33,352 nt of DNA, taken from positions 1 to 33,352 of the IMG/VR virus record IMGVR_UViG_3300038974_000355. One strand, written 5' to 3'. Both the position numbers and the translations under genes were made by a program. Below are positions 28,921 through 33,352 of the stretch, in pieces (position 1 is the first letter of the stretch; the number at the start of each line of letters is the position of its first letter). This DNA is from a virus (lineage: Duplodnaviria > Caudoviricetes). The notes under the pieces are model-generated. The model was not told the origin of the DNA. It saw only the letters and a list, made by a program, of their open reading frames with translations, and made no database searches.

Positions 28921-29358
28921 ATGGATTTTTTATTGTCAATAATAAATATTATAACAACATTAATAATTGCTATTTTTGGTTCAATAATGTTTTATAAGTC
29001 TAAGAAACGACTATCAGAAGAAGAAGCTAATTTAAAAGCGCATGAATCGGAAGAGAAAGAAATAACTAACCTTAAACAGGTTATTGATCAGCTTAGAGAA
29101 GAAGTTTCTCGTCAAGCTAAGAAATGTGATGAATTAGAACGCAAAATAGACGATAGAGATAAGATAATAGAAGAACTTAGGATTAGCCTTTCTGATATAG
29201 ATTTGAAGTATTACATAAAGAAACAAGCTCTTACTTATGCTATCGGATGCGATAAAGGTAAAGGCAACTGCCCTGCATTACTTAAAATGGCTGAATTGGA
29301 AGAATCATATAATATTAGACGAATAGAGAAAGGAGAGAAAAATGAATCTAACGAATAA
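28921..29358 (+). CDS. Holin-like protein (single N-terminal TM + coiled coil)
   Basis: Hydrophobic residues 3-24 followed by a coiled coil; directly upstream of and overlapping the endolysin. Confidence 0.55.
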   Translation: MDFLLSIINIITTLIIAIFGSIMFYKSKKRLSEEEANLKAHESEEKEITNLKQVIDQLREEVSRQAKKCDELERKIDDRDKIIEELRISLSDIDLKYYIKKQALTYAIGCDKGKGNCPALLKMAELEESYNIRRIEKGEKNESNE

Positions 29359-29758
29359 CTTTACTTTAGAAGAAATGTGCGCCACGCATTACAAAATAAA
29401 TAATGTACCTACAGCAACAGAAATTGGTAATCTTAAATTATTGTGCGAAAAAGTATTGCAACCAATTAGAAATAAATTTGGATGTGTTAATGTTACATCC
29501 GGATTTAGATGTAAAGAACTAAATATTATTGTTGGAGGTTCATCATCATCTCAACACACAAAGGGAGAAGCTGCTGATATAAAATTACCAAATCTTCCTG
29601 TTGTATTTGAATGGGCAAGAAAAAATCTTGATTACGACCAGTTAATCAATGAATATGATTTTTCTTGGATACACATTTCTTATAAAAAGACAGGTAACAG
29701 GAAACAAACTCTAAAAGCAATAAAACAGAATGGCAAAACAGTATATATTCCTTGTTAG
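29342..29758 (+). CDS. Endolysin, peptidase M15A family
   Basis: NFTLEE, SGFRC..LN..VGG..SQH..GEAAD and WIHIS zinc-peptidase motifs. Confidence 0.93.
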   Translation: MNLTNNFTLEEMCATHYKINNVPTATEIGNLKLLCEKVLQPIRNKFGCVNVTSGFRCKELNIIVGGSSSSQHTKGEAADIKLPNLPVVFEWARKNLDYDQLINEYDFSWIHISYKKTGNRKQTLKAIKQNGKTVYIPC

Positions 29759-29772
29759 CTATAATATATAAT

Positions 29773-29812
29773 AAAAAAACGCAGTCATAATTGGCTGCGT
29801 TTTCACTTTTTT
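29773..29812. terminator. Bidirectional intrinsic terminator between convergent operons
   Basis: AAAACGCAGTCA-TAAT-TGGCTGCGTTTT; A7 on the left (U-tract for - strand), T-rich on the right. Confidence 0.85.
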
Positions 29813-29843
29813 CATACGGAAAATGATAACACATGAAAATCGA
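29773..29843 (-). ncRNA. Candidate ~70-nt small RNA
   Basis: TATCTTTG element (29854-29847, - strand), then a TTTTCATG/TATGAAAA hairpin, then the terminator with U7; no complete ORF inside. Confidence 0.4.
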
Positions 29844-29999
29844 TTACAAAGATAATAATTTCTCATTGTTTTTAAAATCAATTAATTGATTTTTTTCTTT
29901 TGCTCTCATTTTTCTTCTTCTTTCGAACTCGGATATATTCTTTTCTTTATTTAAGCGCCAAGAATATAATGATGAAAAATATGTTTTTTTACTATTCAT
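29844..29999 (-). CDS. Small basic hypothetical protein (51 aa, MNSKKTYFSS...)
   Basis: Hand-translated ORF preceded by TATATTTG (30011-30004, - strand). Confidence 0.45.
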   Translation of the reverse strand: MNSKKTYFSSLYSWRLNKEKNISEFERRRKMRAKEKNQLIDFKNNEKLLSL

Positions 30000-30028
30000 A
30001 TTGCAAATATATGTATATTATTTTATTT

Positions 30029-30217
30029 CTAAAAATTATCATTGAAAATATTTATTTTTATTTGCTTTAATTCCTCCATTCTTATTTTTGTTTCTTTTAC
30101 CCCTGACTTATTAGCGTAATATTCGCATGATAATTTTTGCAAATATTTTTTCAATCTAAATAATTCTTCGTCAATTGAAAGTATTCTAATTAGTATTATT
30201 TTTTGTTTCGATGTCAT
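30029..30217 (-). CDS. Hypothetical protein (62 aa)
   Basis: ORF co-oriented with neighbours; amphipathic helix. Confidence 0.5.
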   Translation of the reverse strand: MTSKQKIILIRILSIDEELFRLKKYLQKLSCEYYANKSGVKETKIRMEELKQIKINIFNDNF

Positions 30218-30228
30218 AATATAATATT

Positions 30229-30326
30229 AAAAAAAAGTAGGATTACCGCCTGTAATCACTTTTTATTTATGATTGTTTGATTATCCGGCTTATCCTACTC
30301 CAAAGTAGAGTGCTTCTTCACACTCA
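30229..30326 (-). other. Structured intergenic element (candidate ncRNA or attenuator)
   Basis: Several stems: GAGTG/CACTC, CTACT/AGTAG, AGTAGGAT/ATCCTACT closed by a U-run, and the alternative GATTAC/GTAATC. Confidence 0.4.
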
Positions 30327-30338
30327 TTTTATGTTTAA

Positions 30339-30947
30339 CTATTTACTCCTTCTTACAAAAATTATTAAGATTAAAAATAACAATAAAGCCGGAATATACT
30401 TAATTTTATTTGTTTTTTTTGTCTCTGTTGATACTTTTTTTGTTGAAATTTCTTTGTTTATTTCTTGTTTTTCGGCTATCTCTATTTGTTTCTCTAATTC
30501 TGCTTCTATTTTTTCTGTTGTCTTATTTAATTGATTTATCTTTTTTGATTCATTTGTTATATCAATTGATTTAATAGAAGATAAAGATTGAACAGATATG
30601 ATTCCGTTTTCGTCCATACTTATTTTAATGTCTGTTCCCATATCTGATTCAAACATTTCAACTAAAATATTCGTTTTATTTGTTGAATCAGATTCTAAAT
30701 TAAATATTAACTTTTGCTCCGAATAAGTTTCTGTTGCTCGTTCATCAAATTTCAATTCTGTCTTTTCTGCTGCGTTTTCTTTAACTTCTAATTCAGAATA
30801 GCTTATAATTTCTTTTTGTGCTTTGCAAGATGTAAACATAAAGAATATGGCAAGTGATACCGATATGTAAAATATAACACTAAATATTCTTGCCGACAAC
30901 TTACTTAGCAACGCATTTGTTATGATTGCTTTAAAATTTCTTTTCAT
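30339..30947 (-). CDS. Lipoprotein with C-terminal TM helix (unimolecular spanin-like)
   Basis: Hydrophobic signal ending FTS-C (lipobox), charged middle region, C-terminal YIPALLLFLILIIFV-RRSK; ATG 30947 preferred over TTG 30977. Confidence 0.65.
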   Translation of the reverse strand: MKRNFKAIITNALLSKLSARIFSVIFYISVSLAIFFMFTSCKAQKEIISYSELEVKENAAEKTELKFDERATETYSEQKLIFNLESDSTNKTNILVEMFESDMGTDIKISMDENGIISVQSLSSIKSIDITNESKKINQLNKTTEKIEAELEKQIEIAEKQEINKEISTKKVSTETKKTNKIKYIPALLLFLILIIFVRRSK

Positions 30948-30966
30948 ATTAAAATTTATTAGAATA

Positions 30967-30974
30967 CAAATATA
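30967..30974 (-). promoter_or_regulatory. Bacteroidota -7 promoter element
   Basis: TATATTTG on the - strand, 19 nt before ATG 30947. Confidence 0.5.
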
Positions 30975-30980
30975 CAAAAT

Positions 30981-31406
30981 TTATTTATAAAAAAGATTTA
31001 CCTCTTCTTTCCTCCAATCCCTTAATCTTTTAGACCTTTCTCCTGATATTATACACCATCCAATCCAATTTATTTTCACTAATGGACTATATTTATTTGA
31101 TTTTATGAGTTTGTATAAAATAGAAGATTTAAATGTGCCTATATTTGTAGCAAATACAAATGAGCATAGTGCGTCAAACTGATTTTGGCTTAATTTTAGC
31201 CCTAAATCATCTAAATTTGATGATATTATAGTCAAATCTATTTTAAGCAATTTTTCTGCCGTTTCTTTGCTTATTTCATCTGCATCTCCTTTGTTCCACA
31301 AATGCCCATATCCAATATTTATTTCTCCAAAATAATTTTCGTATGGTATAGCCGAAAATCCTCTATATTTTTTGATTAGTTCTACTGCTTTATCGGTGTA
31401 TTTCAT
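30981..31406 (-). CDS. GH24 (phage lysozyme-fold) protein with degenerate active site
   Basis: IGYGH, LSQNQFDALCSF, G.FKSS.L.K and R..E..LF motifs; the expected FEG is YRG and TIGYG is NIGYG. Confidence 0.85.
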   Translation of the reverse strand: MKYTDKAVELIKKYRGFSAIPYENYFGEINIGYGHLWNKGDADEISKETAEKLLKIDLTIISSNLDDLGLKLSQNQFDALCSFVFATNIGTFKSSILYKLIKSNKYSPLVKINWIGWCIISGERSKRLRDWRKEEVNLFYK

Positions 31407-31570
31407 AAATAACTTAAAATATGTTTTATTACTTCTACTGTCCAGCCATTACCGAGCATTTTGTATTGTTGCGTTTCGCTACATTCCCATTTATAACATT
31501 CTGGAATAGTTTGCAGTCTTGCGCATTCAGTTGGCATTAAATATCTTATTAAATCCGTGTTTTTCTGCAT
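31403..31570 (-). pseudogene. C-terminal remnant of a DNA (cytosine-5) methyltransferase
   Basis: Hand translation MQKNTDLIRYLMPTECARLQTIPECYKWECSETQQYKMLGNGWTVEVIKHILSYL contains C5-MTase motifs IX and X only. Confidence 0.85.
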
Positions 31571-31601
31571 ATTGTTCGGCAGCTTCTTCTTTTGTCTTCA
31601 T
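31527..31601 (-). pseudogene. Truncated 5' end of a small phage gene (MKTKEEAAEQYAEKHGFNKIFNAN)
   Basis: Typical phage small-ORF N-terminus that runs out of frame into the MTase remnant. Confidence 0.45.
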
Positions 31602-31625
31602 ATCATTAAAATTTTAAAAGTTTAT

Positions 31626-31745
31626 CTAAAAGAGCAGATTTCTATCTTTCCACTTGGACAATAAAACATTTCTGTTTCCAATCAACCCTAATTCTTTAAG
31701 TTTCTTTGCTTGTTCAAACGAGCATAGCTGTAATTGATTTTTCAT
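31626..31745 (-). pseudogene. Truncated/frameshifted small phage gene (MKNQLQLCSFEQAKKLKELG...)
   Basis: 39-aa ORF; the SFEQAKKLKELG start is typical of a longer phage protein family; paralogous start at 32883. Confidence 0.55.
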
Positions 31746-31751
31746 AATTTA

Positions 31752-31982
31752 TTATTCTTTAGATAGTTCTTCGAGTAAGGAATCTGCACATAATACTGCT
31801 GTTTTTGCGTGGATTTTCCAATTAGCATCTGATTGAGAAATTGTTGTTAAAAGTCCTTGCATTGCCATTGCAGCAAAATATTCTCTTTTTGTTAATCCGA
31901 AGTCATAATTTTCTGGCGCATTTACATATTCATTCGCTAATTGTTTTGCTTTTTCTGTCATAATGTTTTGTTTTCTATCCAT
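31752..31982 (-). CDS. Conserved phage hypothetical protein
   Basis: GLTKREYFAAMAMQGLL...AV..AD.LLEEL motif common in phage small proteins. Confidence 0.85.
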   Translation of the reverse strand: MDRKQNIMTEKAKQLANEYVNAPENYDFGLTKREYFAAMAMQGLLTTISQSDANWKIHAKTAVLCADSLLEELSKE

Positions 31983-32212
31983 TATTTTTTCAGTTTTAAA
32001 ATTGATTGTTTATATACTTCAACTCCTTCAAACCAAAAACAGAAAGCACAGTTTATCGTTGGCATTTTAGCAGTTGCATTATTACTCGCATCTTCTAATG
32101 CTTGATTATAAGCATCTTTTTGAGCCTCTTCAATCATTTCTAATGTCGTCATATATAGCGAATCATCAGATTGTAGTTCTTCCAAATATTCTTCTGGTGT
32201 TTTCATGCTCAT
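31982..32212 (-). CDS. Phage hypothetical protein
   Basis: Coupled ORF; DAYNQALEDA...KQSILKLK. Confidence 0.75.
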   Translation of the reverse strand: MSMKTPEEYLEELQSDDSLYMTTLEMIEEAQKDAYNQALEDASNNATAKMPTINCAFCFWFEGVEVYKQSILKLKK

Positions 32213-32214
32213 TT

Positions 32215-32610
32215 CTATTTAAAATATTCAATTAATTCTTCCACTGTGGCTTTATGCCATTTATCTTCTCTAAGAACTTTGTAAGCTGATTCATCTTTAG
32301 AATCACGATGTGCAGGAATATGACGATACCAGTCATTTTCATTATTCATTTTGAAAACCTGCATATAATCGCTGTCATCTCTTAATGCTGCTATTGCAAG
32401 GAGTAATTCTTCGTTTGTTCCACAGTCAATGTGGTTTCCTTTGGACAAATCAATGGTTATCAAATGATATGCTCCATTTAAAGTAGCAATACAATATCCT
32501 TCATAATTATCATCATCCCTTAATGGCAAATACTTTTCATATCCTAATTCTTCCAACTTCTTACGAAGCTCAGGAGTGTTTTTTCTTATAAAACATGAGT
32601 ATAAAAACAT
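32215..32610 (-). CDS. Conserved Bacteroidales-phage hypothetical protein
   Basis: CFIRKNTPELRKKLEELGY...DCGTNEELLLAIAALRDD...HKATVEELIEYF. Confidence 0.85.
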   Translation of the reverse strand: MFLYSCFIRKNTPELRKKLEELGYEKYLPLRDDDNYEGYCIATLNGAYHLITIDLSKGNHIDCGTNEELLLAIAALRDDSDYMQVFKMNNENDWYRHIPAHRDSKDESAYKVLREDKWHKATVEELIEYFK

Positions 32611-32614
32611 ATTA

Positions 32615-32806
32615 TTAAATTTTAGGTTTAGAAATTAATTTATTAAACTCTTTTTCTGCCTCCCACATAGAAGCTTTTTCCCCCATTCCATTATCTCTGT
32701 TTTTGCAAGCAAGATTTATTTTTATTCTTACTGATATAAGAACAAATGAAAAGGATGCCCCAATGATGAAAGCTAATAGAATAGATAAAATAAGTATTAT
32801 AGTCAT
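32615..32806 (-). CDS. Small membrane-anchored hypothetical protein
   Basis: N-terminal hydrophobic helix; coupled ORF. Confidence 0.65.
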   Translation of the reverse strand: MTIILILSILLAFIIGASFSFVLISVRIKINLACKNRDNGMGEKASMWEAEKEFNKLISKPKI

Positions 32807-32883
32807 AATTCAATGATTAAAAGTTCATCCAATAAAGCGGATTCGGCTTGCTCGAGAGAGCAAAGTTGTAATTGATTTTTCAT
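32803..32883 (-). pseudogene. Internally deleted mini-gene (MKNQLQLCSLEQAESALLDELLIIEL)
   Basis: 26-aa ORF with ATGA overlaps at both ends; 32/38 nt identical to the start of the 31745 ORF. Confidence 0.6.
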
Positions 32884-33137
32884 AACTCAAAATCGGGTGT
32901 TTTAGCATTTGAAACAAATTGACCTTCATAAGAGTAACCTGCATCTCGCCATTCTTTTGAACATTCTATTCTTTGTCTTTCGCAAGCCTTATTCCAAACT
33001 TCTTTTGCAAAGTTTTCGAGTGCTTCTTGGAAACAATCTTTCATAAAATTATCTACATCTAATGTATATTCAACGATTCTATCACTCGGTAGATATTTAC
33101 ACAACAATTCTGCTGCTGTATTTGGTAGCTCTTTCAT
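32880..33137 (-). CDS. Phage hypothetical protein
   Basis: 85-aa coupled ORF; ACERQR.EC...NAKTP pattern. Confidence 0.75.
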   Translation of the reverse strand: MKELPNTAAELLCKYLPSDRIVEYTLDVDNFMKDCFQEALENFAKEVWNKACERQRIECSKEWRDAGYSYEGQFVSNAKTPDFEL

Positions 33138-33138
33138 C

Positions 33139-33312
33139 TCACTCTTCTATTATATGAATAATAATATCTCCTACTCGTGGTTTCCCTTTTAACCAATCAA
33201 AAATCTCGCTTATTGGTTTGCTATCATCAAAAACTTTTGATATAGTTTCTTTTTCAAAATCATTTTGAGTAATTTGATAGCATGTTTTTGTTATTACTAA
33301 CCCGTAGTGCAT
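33139..33312 (-). CDS. Small hypothetical protein (57 aa, MHYGLVITKT...)
   Basis: Hand-translated ORF ending 1 nt before the next ATG. Confidence 0.55.
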   Translation of the reverse strand: MHYGLVITKTCYQITQNDFEKETISKVFDDSKPISEIFDWLKGKPRVGDIIIHIIEE

Positions 33313-33352
33313 TTAAACTACAAGTGATTTAATGTTGTTGATATTTCTGTTT

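Larger units (their letters stand above)
1..33352. mobile_element. Tailed bacteriophage genome segment (siphovirus-like, HK97-fold head), probable Bacteroidota host
   Basis: Complete gene order terminase-portal-protease-capsid-tail-tape measure-fibre-lysis plus a phage replication module; TAnnTTTG promoter elements; no host housekeeping genes. Confidence 0.95.

Noticed and set aside
29646-29834. 62-aa - strand ORF
   Set aside because: Crosses the terminator and overlaps the endolysin antisense; an sRNA or UTR reading fits better
30277-30534. 85-aa + strand ORF
   Set aside because: TTG start, antisense to the lipoprotein gene, downstream of the + strand terminator
31292-32423. parS half-sites TGTTCCAC at 31292 and 32416
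   Set aside because: Half-sites only, inside coding sequence
1-33352. Diversity-generating retroelement, invertible fibre cassette, CRISPR array, tRNA, intron/intein, stop-codon reassignment, terminal repeat
   Set aside because: No reverse transcriptase, recombinase, repeat-spacer array or cloverleaf seen by eye; genes are full length in the standard code; the two window ends do not match

Overview
AT-rich (visually about 30% GC) segment of a tailed dsDNA phage of siphovirus type, almost certainly infecting a Bacteroidota host, as judged from repeated TAnnTTTG promoter elements and Bacteroidota-phage-type proteins. From left to right: a 1.15 kb non-coding control region; a + strand recombination/replication module (YqaJ-like exonuclease, XRE HTH, primase-like, P-loop helicase, SSB-like, SNF2 helicase, VRR-NUC); packaging and HK97-type head genes; neck, tail, tape-measure and tail-fibre genes; and a holin-like gene plus an M15A peptidase endolysin. 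Beyond a bidirectional terminator lies a convergent - strand block of small accessory genes, a u-spanin-like lipoprotein, a GH24 lysozyme lacking its catalytic residues, and several gene remnants. No integrase, ParA/ParB, DNA polymerase, tRNA or CRISPR array was seen. The most notable signal is in the first 220 bp: a parS-like palindrome (60-75), tandem ARG-box-like palindromes (106-143, plus 198-215) and a 28-bp XerC/XerD dif-like site (155-182), lying close to an iteron-like origin region. This suggests a cis-only cassette that recruits host ParB, ArgR and XerCD to maintain or integrate the phage genome. All protein calls come from motif recognition by eye, not from database searches.
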